Shown here: one piece after another, positions 28,077 through 39,090 of the stretch
Position numbering within the stretch: the first letter of the stretch is position 1
Layout: each line of letters begins with the position of its first letter
Assembly: GCA_005772895.1 (NCBI GenBank)
Contig: SXIH01000067.1
Span: 13,163-77,162, forward strand
Reading direction: 5' to 3'
DNA length: 64,000 bases
Origin: Bacteroidota bacterium
GTDB taxonomy: Bacteria > Bacteroidota > Bacteroidia > 2-12-FULL-35-15
Made by a program: the position numbers and the translations under genes
The notes under the pieces: generated by a model
What the model saw: the letters and a program-made list of their open reading frames with translations, nothing else
Database searches by the model: none
What the model was told of the DNA's origin: nothing

Positions 28077-31000
28077 ATGAAGAATTTGAAAAGAAATATA
28101 CTCCTATCTCTTGTTTTATTACTGGTTACTTCAACATACGCTACCAATCTTTATTGGATAGGCGGTACTGGTAATTGGAATGATGCTAAACATTGGTCAC
28201 TAACTAGTGGCGGGACTTCCGCAAATGTTATTCCTACATCTAATGATGATGTTTATTTTGATCAAAACTCTTTTACTGCAGATAAACAAACTGTAAAAGT
28301 TATTGCTAATGCTGTTTGTCGCAATATCGACTGGAGTTTAATAGATGACAAAGCCATATTTTCGGCTGCTGCTTCCAGAACTCTTCAGGTTAATGGCTCT
28401 TATATATTGTCTCCTCTTTTAAATAATGGATTTAAAGGACAAACAATTTTTTCTTCTCAGCAAAATGGGAACACTCTAAAAACAGCAGGGAACAGAATCA
28501 TAGGAGATTTGATTTTTGATGGAACAGGCTCTTGGTCGTTGACTGATAATATTACAACCGAAGAAAATGTATCGATTAAATTGCTTCAGGGTTCACTTTC
28601 TACAAATGATAAAGCTATTAATTGTGGTAATTTCATTGGAAATTCTTCGAAAACCAGAACTCTAAATTTAGGCAGTTCTCAGATAATAGTAAACAAACTT
28701 TGGGATTGTAGTTCTCCAGCAAATCTTAGCTTAACTCCAGGAACATCCAGTATATTATTAAAAGACATTGTAGATAATTCTACATTCAGAAGTGGTGGTT
28801 TATTATACAATGATGTTGGGGTTTTGGTAACATTTTGTGTTCCATCAGGTACACCTTGCGTTGCTAATATTACAATCACAATGGCAGCAATTAATATTAC
28901 ATGTAACGGATTGTGTGATGGTTCTGCATGGGTAGTATCTGCTGCTGGAGGTTGCGGTGGTCCTTATTCTTTTGATTGGCAGGGTGCACTAACACCAAGT
29001 GGTGATTTTACAGATAGTATTTTTAATCTTTGTGCAGGTAATTACACTGTTAGAGTTACGGATGGCTGCGGATCGTTTTGTTTTTGTAATATCAACGTAA
29101 CAGAACCAAGTGTTTTATTTGATTATGAATTATTTACCACTCCAGCTACTTGTAATGGAGTGTGTGACGGTGTTGCAGCAGTAGATGCAACAGGGGGAAC
29201 CTTCCCTTATTCTTATGTTTGGACGCCTGGTGCGTATACAAATGATACTGTTTCAGTATTGTGCGCTGGGACTTATACAGTTGATGTTACGGATGCGAAT
29301 GGCTGTACAGGTAGTACAACTTTAGTAGTTACAGAACCGGCAGTGTTGGTTTCTCCCGGTAGCTCAACAGATGTTACCTGTTTTGGTTTTTGCGATGGAA
29401 CAGCGTCTGTAGTGGCAGCAGGTGGTTCTCCTCCATATACTTATGATTGGACACCAGGTGCCCCGACAGGAGATGGAACAGCCAGTATTACAAATCTTTG
29501 TCCAGGCAGCTATACTTGTACAGTAACTGATACTAATGCATGTTCCGCAACTTTTGTGGCAACTATTGTAGAACCTCCGGTTTTAACGCTTACTATGTCA
29601 CAGGTAAATGCTACTTGTGGTGGTATGTGTGATGGAACTGCAACGGCAACAATTACTGGTGGAACGCCTCCATACAATTATGTTTGGTCAAATGGTTCTT
29701 CAACTTTAACCGGTGCATTGTCAAATACAATTAGTGGTTTATGTGCAGGAACTTACACGGTAGATGTCACCGATGCAAATGGTTGTATTATTACCGATTC
29801 GGTTACAATTACAGAACCGGCAGTTTTGGTAGCTACTGCTTCGGGTACAAATGTGACTTGTTTTGGATTATGTAATGGAACAGCTACTGTTGTTGTAGTT
29901 GGTGGAAACGGAGGAAATACTTTTGATTGGACACCGGGAACTCCTACAGGTGATGGAACTGCAACTATTACAAATTTATGCCCAGGAACATACACTGTTA
30001 CAGTTGTTGATAATACAGGAATTTGTACTGATACAGGAGTTGTAGTAATTACTGAACCTGCACTTTTAGTTGCAAATCCGGTTGGGACAGATGTACTTTG
30101 TAATGGTGATTGTGATGGAACCGCAACAGCAACTCCTTCGGGTGGAACCCTTCCATATACTTATGATTGGTCACCTGGTGCTCCTTTGGGTGATGGAACT
30201 CCAACTATTACATCTTTATGTCCTGGAATATATACTGTTTTAGTTACCGATTTTAATCTTTGTACAAGTAGCCAAAGCGTTACCATTACTGAGCCACCTG
30301 TATTAGATGCTGCAGCTACATTTACCAATGTTACCTGTAACGGAGCATGTGATGGAACAGCAACTTCAACACCAACAGGTGGAACTCCTGGATATACTTA
30401 TCTTTGGAGTACGGGTGCAGTTACTCCAGGCATTTCTGGATTATGTCCGGGTTCATATACTGTTACTGTAACCGATGCAAATGGTTGTACAAATTCTGCA
30501 ACTGTTGTTATTATTCAGCCCAATGCATTAAGTGTTTCTGTTGTCTCTACAACTTTAGCATGCTTTGGAGATTGTGATGCAACAGCTACAGCAACTATAA
30601 CAGGTGGAACTCCATTATATACAATTGACTGGACACCAGGAGCTCCTATTGGGGATGGAACATTAACTATAAGTTCTCTTTGTGCTGGAACTTACACAAT
30701 TGATGTAATTGATGGAAACGGTTGCCCTGCAACAGCTTCAACAACTATATTGCAACCGACTGCTCTTACATTAGCAACAGCAGTTACAAATGTTAGTTGT
30801 TTTGGATTGTGTGATGGAGTAGCTGCAGCCATTGCCGGAGGCGGAACTCCGGGTTATTCATATTTATGGGCTCCGGGGGGACAAACAACTTCTTCAATTT
30901 CTGCTCAGTGTGCGGGAAGTTATACTGTTACTGTTACCGACTTAAATGGATGTACTTTATCAGATACAGTTACTATTACTGAACCAACACAGGTTTTTGC

Positions 31001-34000
31001 AAATCCTTTTGTAGTATCAAATATTAGTTGTGCAGGAGTTATTCCTTGCGATGGATCTGCATCTTCTGCTCCTACTGGTGGTGCAGGAGGAACTTATACC
31101 TATGATTGGACACCGGGAACTCCAACAGGTGATGGTACTGGAACAATTACAGCATTATGCGCTGGAACTTATAACTTAACAGTTACAGATTCTAATTCAT
31201 GTACTTCAACAATGCCCGTGACGATTACTCAGCCATTGGTATTAACAGCACCTATAACGGGTTCTACATCCAGTTGTAATATTTGTAATGGTACCGCAAC
31301 TGTTACTCCTGCAGGTGGAACTCCTGGTTATACTTATTTGTGGAGCGATGGCCAAACTACTCAAACTGCAGTAGGACTTTGTCCTAACACAACATATACA
31401 GTAACAGTTACTGATACAAATGGTTGTGTTGCTACAAATACAGTTACAATTCTTCAAACAATTACAATTACAATTACAACTTCCAATACTACACTTTCTT
31501 GTTTTGGTGCTTGTGATGGAATTGTAACTGCAAATGCAGCAGGTGGAACTTTACCATATTCATTTATCTGGACAGGTCCGATTTGCGGTGGTGGAGTTGG
31601 AATTGTTTCATTAACTGCAACAGCAAGTGGACTTGGTGCAGGAACATATACTGTTAACGTAACGGATGCTGCAGGGTGTTTTAATATTGATTCAATAACA
31701 TTTACTAATCCTCCACTTTTAACTGTTTCTACTGTAAGTGCAAATGCTACTTGTGCTGGTGCTTGTGATGGCACAGCAACAGCAACAGGTGCAGGAGGAA
31801 CAGGTACAATAACTTATTTGTGGAGCGATGGACAAACTACAGCTACAGCTACAGGATTGTGTGCCGGTTCGTATACTTTAACAGCAACTGATTCTAGCGG
31901 TTGTACTGCTTTAGATACAGTTGTTATAACTGAACCACCTATTGTGGTAGATAACGTTACAATTACGGATGCCAATTGTACATTTGCCGATGGTTCTATA
32001 ACTGTTGCACCTACAGGTGGAACAGGAGCATATACTTATAACTGGAGTCCTGGTGCTCCAACAGGTGATGGTACTCCAACAATTACTGGTTTACTTCCTG
32101 GACCATATTCAGTAGATATTACATCAGGAGGATGTACATATACATTTAATTATTTATTAAGCAACATTGCAGGACCAACTACAACTATGTCGCATACCGA
32201 TGTCACATGTTTTGGAGATTGTGATGGAACTGCAAGTGTTTTAGCTGCCGGTGGTGCGGGTGGATATATTTATGATTGGACACCTGGTGCACCAACGGGA
32301 GACGGAACAGCAGCAATTACTGCTTTGTGTGGAACGATTACTTATACTGTACAAGTTACTGATGCTGCAGGTTGTATCACTTTTGATCAAGACACAGTTA
32401 CTAATCCTGCTTTGATTTCTCCTAATGAAGTTGTTGTAAATGAAAGTTGCGGAGGTGCATGTGATGGAAGTATTAGTTTATTCCCTTCTGGCGGAACTCC
32501 CGGTTATACATTCTTGTGGAGCACTGGCGCTACAACATCTTCTATTAGTGGGTTGTGTGCCGGACCATATACTTTTACAGTAACGGATGCAAACGGATGT
32601 GATTCAATCTTAACAATAACAATAGTTTCTCCACCTGCATTGGTTGTGACACTTTCTTCTACAAATGTTTTATGTAATAGTGCATGTGATGGAACAGCAA
32701 CTGCTAACGTTGTTGGTGGAACAGGTGCAGGAACATATACTTATGCTTGGTTGCCTGATCCTCCATTAGGTCCTGTTTATATTTTACCAACAGTTGTTGG
32801 ATTATGTCCAGGTACTTATGATGTTACTGTTACTGATGGAAACGGATGTACGGCTGCAGATACTGTAACTATTACAGAACCTACAGCATTAACTACCGTT
32901 ACATCTCAAACTAATGTTACTTGCTTTGGAGCTTGTGATGGAATTGCAATAGTTACTCCTAGCGGAGGAACTATGCCATATTCTTATTCATGGACTTTTG
33001 GTGCTGGTACAAATGATAGTTTAACGGGATTATGTCCTGGAAGTTATAACGTTACAGTTACTGATTCAAATAATTGTGTTTCGAATCCGCCTCCGGTTGT
33101 AATTACTGAACCTGCACCAATTGTTCCGAATGCAGTTGGTGTTGATCCTTTATGTAATGCTTCTTGTGATGGAACTGCAACAGCAACACCTACAGGTGGT
33201 TCAGGAGTTTATACTTATTTGTGGGATGATCCATTAGCACAAACCACTGCAACAGCAGTTGGATTATGTGCCGGAGTTTATACAGTCATTGTGGATGATG
33301 GTTTCTGTTCTAACTCACAAAGTGTGACATTAACTGATCCTGCTGTACTAAATGCAAACCCTTCAGCAACTTCACCTACTTGTGTTGGCGATTGTGATGG
33401 AAGTGTAACTTCTAATCCAATTGGCGGAACAGGTCCACTTTATACATACTCATGGACTCCTGGTCCATTTGCAACTCAAACTGTAATTAATTTATGTCCG
33501 AATGTTTATACTGTTATTGTAAACGATCAGAATGGTTGTGCCGATACTCAATCTGTAACTCTTTCTAATCCTGTTGGAATTGATGTAATAATAGGTAGTA
33601 CTCCTGCAGCTTGTGGAGTATGTGATGGAACAATTACTATTACACCAACTACCGGACTTGCTCCATATACTTATGTTTGGACAATAGGTGGAGTTCCTCC
33701 TCCATTGCCATTTACAGGAAACGGAACAAATAGCGTTTCCAATGTATGCGCAGGATTGTATGATGTATTAGTAACAGATGCTAATGGTTGTGATTCAATT
33801 TTCACAATTCCAATGAGCAATTCAAGTGGTCCAACAAGTACAATTTTTACAGCTAACGATGCTTCTTGTCCTAGTGTTTGTGATGGCTCGGGTTCTATTG
33901 ATACAGTAAACGGTGGAACGGCTCCTTATGCTTTCTTGTGGAACGACCCTGCCGCAACAGCTAATGATTCAGCTTTTAATCTTTGTGATTCTACATACTT

Positions 34001-36665
34001 TGTTCAGATAACAGATGCTGTGGGATGTATTTATTTCGAAACAATAATTATAAATGAACCGGCTCCAATTGTTCCAAACGAAATTATAACATTGGCACTT
34101 TGCAGTAATATTTGTACTGGAGGAATTGAAGTTGCTCCAACCGGTGGAACCGGACCATATTCATATTTCTGGGCTCCGGGAGTAATTGTAGGACAAGGTA
34201 CTGATAGTGTTTCAAGTTTATGTGCAGGAACTTATACCCTAACAATTACTGATGCAAATTTATGTGTGCAAGTGGATTCGTTTGTAGTCGGACAGTCAAC
34301 ACCTTTATTAGCGACAATCAACGCAACAAATATTTCTTGTTCTTCTGCTTGTAGCGGAATGGCTTATGTTACTATTTCTTCAGGTACTGGTCCATATACT
34401 ATTCAGTGGAACGATCCATCTGGACAAACAAATGATACAGCAACAGCATTGTGTGCAGGAAATTATACTGTTGATATTACAGATGCGCTTGGATGTATAC
34501 TTTCTTTAAGTACTACTATTACTGCAACTCCAGCCGTTTCTGCAAATGCAGTTATTACTGACGCAACATGTGGATTGTGTGATGGTTCTGCAGTTCTGAC
34601 TCCTACAGGTGGTACAGCGGGTTACACTTATTTGTGGAGCAATGGAGAAACAACTGCAACTGCTGATAGCTTATGTGCAGGATTGTATACGGTAGATATT
34701 ACTGATGCAAATGGTTGTGTTACCAATGTTTCTATTCCTGTAAGTAATCCAACCGGACCAACAAGTGCAACAATTGTTTCTACAAATATTACTTGTAACG
34801 GATTGTGCAATGGAAGTGTAACTTCTGTTACACCGGTTGGCGGAACTGCACCATATACATTCTTGTGGATTGCGAGTGGTGCAACAACTTCATCATTAGC
34901 ATCTTTATGTGCAGGAACTTATTTTGTACAAATCACTGATGCGAATGGTTGTTCATTAATGGATTCGGTAATTATTACTGAACCTGCTCCGATTTTAGCA
35001 AATCAAGTAATAGTTGCAACAACTTGTGGTTTATGTGATGGAAGTATTACTCTTGCACCAAGTGGTGGAACAGCAGGCTATACTTATTTATGGAATACTG
35101 GTGCAATAACTTCGTCATTAATTAATTTATGTGCCGGTGTTTATTCGGTTGATATTACTGATGCTGCAGGCTGCGTTCAAAATGTGATGATTTCATTGAA
35201 CAGCCAAACCGGACCAACTGTTACAACATTCCCAACAGATGTAACTTGTAATGGTTCTTGTAATGGAAGTGATAGTGCTTATGTTACTGGATTGTCTCCA
35301 TTCTCGTATTTATGGAACGATGTAGGATTACAAACTACACCGGTTGCAACTGCACTTTGTGCGGGAACATATTTTGTTCAGGTAACAGATAATGCAGGAT
35401 GTGTTACAATTGCTTCATCAACCGTTTCAGAACCTGATTCAATTGGATTTAGTGTTGCAAATGCTCAAGATCCATTGTGTAATGGAAATGCAAACGGACA
35501 AATAACAATAATTCCTTCAGGTGGAACATTGTCTTACACTTATTCATGGACACCGGCTCCTGCACTTGGACAAACAACTGCAACTGCAACCGGATTGGAT
35601 GCAAATACATATATTGTTACAGTAACGGATGCGAATGGTTGTGCTGCAAATCAAACAGTAACGTTAGTAAATCCAACTTCATTAACTATTAGTAATGTTT
35701 CTGTTTCTCCAAGTTGCAATACAATTGCCGATGGTTCAATTGACGTAACAGTTGGAGGTGGAACTCTTCCTTATGCTTATCAGTGGAGTGGCGGTTCAAC
35801 TGCAGTAACAGAAGATCTGGTTGGAATCTTAAGTGGAACTTATACGATCACAGTTACGGATTCTAATTCTTGTACAATTGCTGATACAATTATTTTATTG
35901 CCTGCACAAACTGTAATTGCTGCTGCAGGAAATGATACTTCATTCTGTCAGTCTGGTTCAATTACATTAGATGCTTCTGCAAGTGTGAATGGAACAACTT
36001 ACCAATGGTTTGATATGGCAGGAACACTTTTAGGTTCTTCTATAACATTAACATTTAATCCTCCTGCTGGAACAAACAGTTATTATGTTGTTGTAGATAA
36101 TGGAACAGGTTGTAGTGATAACGATACAATTGATGTCACCGCAAATCCATTGCCGAATGCAAATGCTGGAACTGATGTTACAATTGTGCTTGGAATGACA
36201 ACGCCTATTGGTGGAAGTCCTACTACAACTACAGCTGGTGCAACAATTTCATGGACACCAAATCCGGGCGCATTAGATAATTATTCTGCATCAAACCCAA
36301 CTGCTAATCCAACAAGTACTACTACTTATACAGTTACAGTAACTTCTGCACAAGGTTGTACTGCGGTTGATTCGGTTCAGGTAGAAGTTCGTCCTACCAT
36401 TATTTTCCCTAATGGTATTTCTCCAAACGGAGATGGTGCAAACGATGAATGGATTATTGATGGAATAGAATTATTCCCTAATTGTGAAGTTGAGGTGTAT
36501 AACCGTTGGGGTGAATTATTATTCCAATCAGTTGGATACAAAGAAACCTGGAAAGGAACATTTAAAGGAAAAGAGCTACCGGTTGGAACGTATTATTATG
36601 TGATTGATTTAAAAGATGAATTGTATCCTGATGCTTACACAGGACCAATAACTATAATGAGATAA
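28077..36665 (+). CDS. Giant SprB-repeat adhesin with T9SS type B (gliding motility-associated) C-terminal domain
   Basis: Signal peptide; YWIGGTGNWND N-terminal domain; ~30 repeats of C..xCDG...GG..PY.Y.W...LC.G.Y.V.VTDANGC; CTD FPNGISPNGDGANDEW...VYNRWG...GTYYYVI. Confidence 0.95.
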   Translation: MKNLKRNILLSLVLLLVTSTYATNLYWIGGTGNWNDAKHWSLTSGGTSANVIPTSNDDVYFDQNSFTADKQTVKVIANAVCRNIDWSLIDDKAIFSAAASRTLQVNGSYILSPLLNNGFKGQTIFSSQQNGNTLKTAGNRIIGDLIFDGTGSWSLTDNITTEENVSIKLLQGSLSTNDKAINCGNFIGNSSKTRTLNLGSSQIIVNKLWDCSSPANLSLTPGTSSILLKDIVDNSTFRSGGLLYNDVGVLVTFCVPSGTPCVANITITMAAINITCNGLCDGSAWVVSAAGGCGGPYSFDWQGALTPSGDFTDSIFNLCAGNYTVRVTDGCGSFCFCNINVTEPSVLFDYELFTTPATCNGVCDGVAAVDATGGTFPYSYVWTPGAYTNDTVSVLCAGTYTVDVTDANGCTGSTTLVVTEPAVLVSPGSSTDVTCFGFCDGTASVVAAGGSPPYTYDWTPGAPTGDGTASITNLCPGSYTCTVTDTNACSATFVATIVEPPVLTLTMSQVNATCGGMCDGTATATITGGTPPYNYVWSNGSSTLTGALSNTISGLCAGTYTVDVTDANGCIITDSVTITEPAVLVATASGTNVTCFGLCNGTATVVVVGGNGGNTFDWTPGTPTGDGTATITNLCPGTYTVTVVDNTGICTDTGVVVITEPALLVANPVGTDVLCNGDCDGTATATPSGGTLPYTYDWSPGAPLGDGTPTITSLCPGIYTVLVTDFNLCTSSQSVTITEPPVLDAAATFTNVTCNGACDGTATSTPTGGTPGYTYLWSTGAVTPGISGLCPGSYTVTVTDANGCTNSATVVIIQPNALSVSVVSTTLACFGDCDATATATITGGTPLYTIDWTPGAPIGDGTLTISSLCAGTYTIDVIDGNGCPATASTTILQPTALTLATAVTNVSCFGLCDGVAAAIAGGGTPGYSYLWAPGGQTTSSISAQCAGSYTVTVTDLNGCTLSDTVTITEPTQVFANPFVVSNISCAGVIPCDGSASSAPTGGAGGTYTYDWTPGTPTGDGTGTITALCAGTYNLTVTDSNSCTSTMPVTITQPLVLTAPITGSTSSCNICNGTATVTPAGGTPGYTYLWSDGQTTQTAVGLCPNTTYTVTVTDTNGCVATNTVTILQTITITITTSNTTLSCFGACDGIVTANAAGGTLPYSFIWTGPICGGGVGIVSLTATASGLGAGTYTVNVTDAAGCFNIDSITFTNPPLLTVSTVSANATCAGACDGTATATGAGGTGTITYLWSDGQTTATATGLCAGSYTLTATDSSGCTALDTVVITEPPIVVDNVTITDANCTFADGSITVAPTGGTGAYTYNWSPGAPTGDGTPTITGLLPGPYSVDITSGGCTYTFNYLLSNIAGPTTTMSHTDVTCFGDCDGTASVLAAGGAGGYIYDWTPGAPTGDGTAAITALCGTITYTVQVTDAAGCITFDQDTVTNPALISPNEVVVNESCGGACDGSISLFPSGGTPGYTFLWSTGATTSSISGLCAGPYTFTVTDANGCDSILTITIVSPPALVVTLSSTNVLCNSACDGTATANVVGGTGAGTYTYAWLPDPPLGPVYILPTVVGLCPGTYDVTVTDGNGCTAADTVTITEPTALTTVTSQTNVTCFGACDGIAIVTPSGGTMPYSYSWTFGAGTNDSLTGLCPGSYNVTVTDSNNCVSNPPPVVITEPAPIVPNAVGVDPLCNASCDGTATATPTGGSGVYTYLWDDPLAQTTATAVGLCAGVYTVIVDDGFCSNSQSVTLTDPAVLNANPSATSPTCVGDCDGSVTSNPIGGTGPLYTYSWTPGPFATQTVINLCPNVYTVIVNDQNGCADTQSVTLSNPVGIDVIIGSTPAACGVCDGTITITPTTGLAPYTYVWTIGGVPPPLPFTGNGTNSVSNVCAGLYDVLVTDANGCDSIFTIPMSNSSGPTSTIFTANDASCPSVCDGSGSIDTVNGGTAPYAFLWNDPAATANDSAFNLCDSTYFVQITDAVGCIYFETIIINEPAPIVPNEIITLALCSNICTGGIEVAPTGGTGPYSYFWAPGVIVGQGTDSVSSLCAGTYTLTITDANLCVQVDSFVVGQSTPLLATINATNISCSSACSGMAYVTISSGTGPYTIQWNDPSGQTNDTATALCAGNYTVDITDALGCILSLSTTITATPAVSANAVITDATCGLCDGSAVLTPTGGTAGYTYLWSNGETTATADSLCAGLYTVDITDANGCVTNVSIPVSNPTGPTSATIVSTNITCNGLCNGSVTSVTPVGGTAPYTFLWIASGATTSSLASLCAGTYFVQITDANGCSLMDSVIITEPAPILANQVIVATTCGLCDGSITLAPSGGTAGYTYLWNTGAITSSLINLCAGVYSVDITDAAGCVQNVMISLNSQTGPTVTTFPTDVTCNGSCNGSDSAYVTGLSPFSYLWNDVGLQTTPVATALCAGTYFVQVTDNAGCVTIASSTVSEPDSIGFSVANAQDPLCNGNANGQITIIPSGGTLSYTYSWTPAPALGQTTATATGLDANTYIVTVTDANGCAANQTVTLVNPTSLTISNVSVSPSCNTIADGSIDVTVGGGTLPYAYQWSGGSTAVTEDLVGILSGTYTITVTDSNSCTIADTIILLPAQTVIAAAGNDTSFCQSGSITLDASASVNGTTYQWFDMAGTLLGSSITLTFNPPAGTNSYYVVVDNGTGCSDNDTIDVTANPLPNANAGTDVTIVLGMTTPIGGSPTTTTAGATISWTPNPGALDNYSASNPTANPTSTTTYTVTVTSAQGCTAVDSVQVEVRPTIIFPNGISPNGDGANDEWIIDGIELFPNCEVEVYNRWGELLFQSVGYKETWKGTFKGKELPVGTYYYVIDLKDELYPDAYTGPITIMR

Positions 36666-36666
36666 A

Positions 36667-37593
36667 ATGAAAAATAAAATCCTCATATTTATTTTGGTGC
36701 TTGGTTTTGTAAAACTAAATGCACAGCAATTACCGCATTACAGTAATTACATGATTAACGATTATGCTATGAATCCTGCAATTGGAGGAAGCGATAATTA
36801 TTTTGAAGGTGTTTCCAACAATCGTTATCAGTGGATTGGAATTACTGATGCGCCTCGTACGTATATTTTAAGCGTGAACGGACCAACCAAAAATTTAAAA
36901 ATGGGATTGGGTGGTTTGTTATTTACTGATATTGTTGGACCAACTCGTAGAACTGGATTGTATATGTCATATGCTTATCATTTAAAAGTTTCAGAAAAAA
37001 TAAAAGTGTCATTAGGATTATCTGCAGGTTTACTTCAATTTAAAGTAGATGGTTCAAAAATTACCTTGCGCGATCCTGCTGATATGATGATTAGCAATGG
37101 TGTGCAATCGGTGATTATGCCTGATTTCGGAGCGGGGGTTTATGTTTATTCTATTGATAAAAAATGGTATTTCGGTGCAAGTGTTCCTCAAATCATTCAG
37201 CAAAAAATAAAATTCTTCGACAACTCAACAACATCCTTGAGTAAGTTGGCAACACATTATTATGTAACTGCAGGATATCAATTCAACATCAACGATGATT
37301 TTAAAATTGAACCATCTACTTGTCTTAAATATGTTAAGCCTGCACCATTCCAATTTGATTTAGGATTAAGAGCTATCTACCAAGATAAAATATGGATTGG
37401 TGGAGCATTCCGTTATTTAGATGCAGTTTCTGCTATGGTTGGTTATACAATGCAAGAAAATATCACCTTCGCATATTCCTACGATTTTACAATGACCAAC
37501 ATCAAAAAACACAGCACAGGTACTCACGAGCTGATGATTGGAATTAAATTCCATAAATCTAAGCCGAGTAAAGATGCTGTGAAGATGCAGTAG
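36667..37593 (+). CDS. PorP/SprF-family T9SS membrane protein
   Basis: QQLPHYSNYM.N...NPAIGG, RYQWIG..DAPRT and YSYDF...GTHE motifs; directly follows a type B CTD protein. Confidence 0.95.
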   Translation: MKNKILIFILVLGFVKLNAQQLPHYSNYMINDYAMNPAIGGSDNYFEGVSNNRYQWIGITDAPRTYILSVNGPTKNLKMGLGGLLFTDIVGPTRRTGLYMSYAYHLKVSEKIKVSLGLSAGLLQFKVDGSKITLRDPADMMISNGVQSVIMPDFGAGVYVYSIDKKWYFGASVPQIIQQKIKFFDNSTTSLSKLATHYYVTAGYQFNINDDFKIEPSTCLKYVKPAPFQFDLGLRAIYQDKIWIGGAFRYLDAVSAMVGYTMQENITFAYSYDFTMTNIKKHSTGTHELMIGIKFHKSKPSKDAVKMQ

Positions 37594-37607
37594 TGTTATC
37601 TTCGTAT

Positions 37608-37637
37608 CTGTCATCCCGTGCCACGACACGGGATCTC
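37608..37637 (+). repeat. REP-like element (ctgtcatcccgtg...cacgggatctc)
   Basis: Palindromic; related inverted copy at 51931-51974. Confidence 0.75.
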
Positions 37638-37694
37638 CCTGTTAGAAAGTAAAGCAATCTTTTGTGTGTTCCACAGAATACTTATATTTGTCCA

Positions 37695-38612
37695 ATGAAA
37701 TTCAAATTCATAATTCTATTCATTGTACTCTCAGTTAAGGTTGTAGCACAGCCCTTTGCCGACATCCTTAACTTCAACTACCAAACCTTTTCTTCAAACT
37801 ATGCCGATAGTACTCAATGGAAAAACAAAACAGATGATTATTTTCTGAATTTGTTTTTGCCAAAGAATTTTAAAAACGGAAACACATTTTTATTACGGTT
37901 GAATTCAGAACATTTGAGTTCTACTATTAGTCCTGATTCATCTTATTCCTATTCCTTATCTAGTATCTCAATGCCAATTGGAATGAAACTGGTTTCCAAA
38001 AATAAAAAATGGGAAACTGTGTTATTGGTCATTCCTAAAATTGCTTCCGATTTCAGAGATGCTATTGATGCTAACGATTATCAATACGGAGGAATTTTCT
38101 TAGAACATTTTGTTCCAAACGAAAAAGTAAAAATAAAAGCCGGACTCTATTATAACCGTGAAGCTTTTGGAAATTTGTTTGTACCATTGGTGGGCGTAGA
38201 CTGGAAAGTAAACGACCGCATTAATTTATACGGAATTTTGCCTACCAATTATAAAGTAGAATTCAATCTTGCTAAAAATAAATTATACACCGGGTTAAAT
38301 GTGAAATTCTTTACGCGTTCATTTCGTTTATCACAAACCCATAATTATGATTATGTTCGATACGATGAATCACAAGTGAAAGTATTTGTAGATTATTTTG
38401 TTGTCCCGAAAGTGTTATTGTTTGCTGAAGTTGGCTATTCTATTGGAAGAAGCCCATGGCAACATAAAAACGGAACAAATGATAAAAAGGAACCTTATTA
38501 TGCTAATCCAATTTATACACCAATCAAAAACTATCCTATTTTAAGTGTTGGCTTGGCTTATCGTGTGAGATTTGATTTAATTAAGAAGGATGAACCAGTA
38601 ACAGCTCCATAG
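37695..38612 (+). CDS. Outer-membrane beta-barrel protein (DUF6268-like)
   Basis: Signal peptide, alternating beta pattern, GLYYNREAFG...PLVGVDW; start moved to MKFKF. Confidence 0.65.
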   Translation: MKFKFIILFIVLSVKVVAQPFADILNFNYQTFSSNYADSTQWKNKTDDYFLNLFLPKNFKNGNTFLLRLNSEHLSSTISPDSSYSYSLSSISMPIGMKLVSKNKKWETVLLVIPKIASDFRDAIDANDYQYGGIFLEHFVPNEKVKIKAGLYYNREAFGNLFVPLVGVDWKVNDRINLYGILPTNYKVEFNLAKNKLYTGLNVKFFTRSFRLSQTHNYDYVRYDESQVKVFVDYFVVPKVLLFAEVGYSIGRSPWQHKNGTNDKKEPYYANPIYTPIKNYPILSVGLAYRVRFDLIKKDEPVTAP

Positions 38613-38617
38613 TTCGT

Positions 38618-39085
38618 ATGTCAAAAAAGAAAAAATTTCTCTACTTACTTTTAGTAATATTCATACTGATCCAATTCTTCCGTCCTGAACGAAATCTCGG
38701 GAAACGTGAAACAGAAAATACCATATTTGTCTCCAATGAAGTTGGACAAATTTTGCAAACTTCATGCTTTGATTGTCATTCCAATTATACCGTTTACCCT
38801 TGGTATACCAATATTCAGCCTTTTGGTTGGTGGATGGCGCACCATGTAGATGAAGGGAAAGACGAATTAAATTTTTCTGAATTTGAAACGTACTCTTTAA
38901 AACGAAAGCTTCACAAATTAGAAGAAATAAAAGAAATGGTAGATGCAGATGAAATGCCATTGCCTTCTTATTTGTGGATTCATGGTGATGCTGAATTATC
39001 TGCCGAACAAAAAGAAGTGATTTCTATGTGGGTTGTGGATACCAGGAAGTATCTTGCTGATACACTTTCACGTCCGAAACAATAA
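38618..39085 (+). CDS. Heme-binding domain (c-type CxxCH) protein
   Basis: IQFFRP, SCFDCHSN.T.YPWY, LNFSEF and EMPLPSYLWIH motifs. Confidence 0.92.
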   Translation: MSKKKKFLYLLLVIFILIQFFRPERNLGKRETENTIFVSNEVGQILQTSCFDCHSNYTVYPWYTNIQPFGWWMAHHVDEGKDELNFSEFETYSLKRKLHKLEEIKEMVDADEMPLPSYLWIHGDAELSAEQKEVISMWVVDTRKYLADTLSRPKQ

Positions 39086-39090
39086 TAAAT

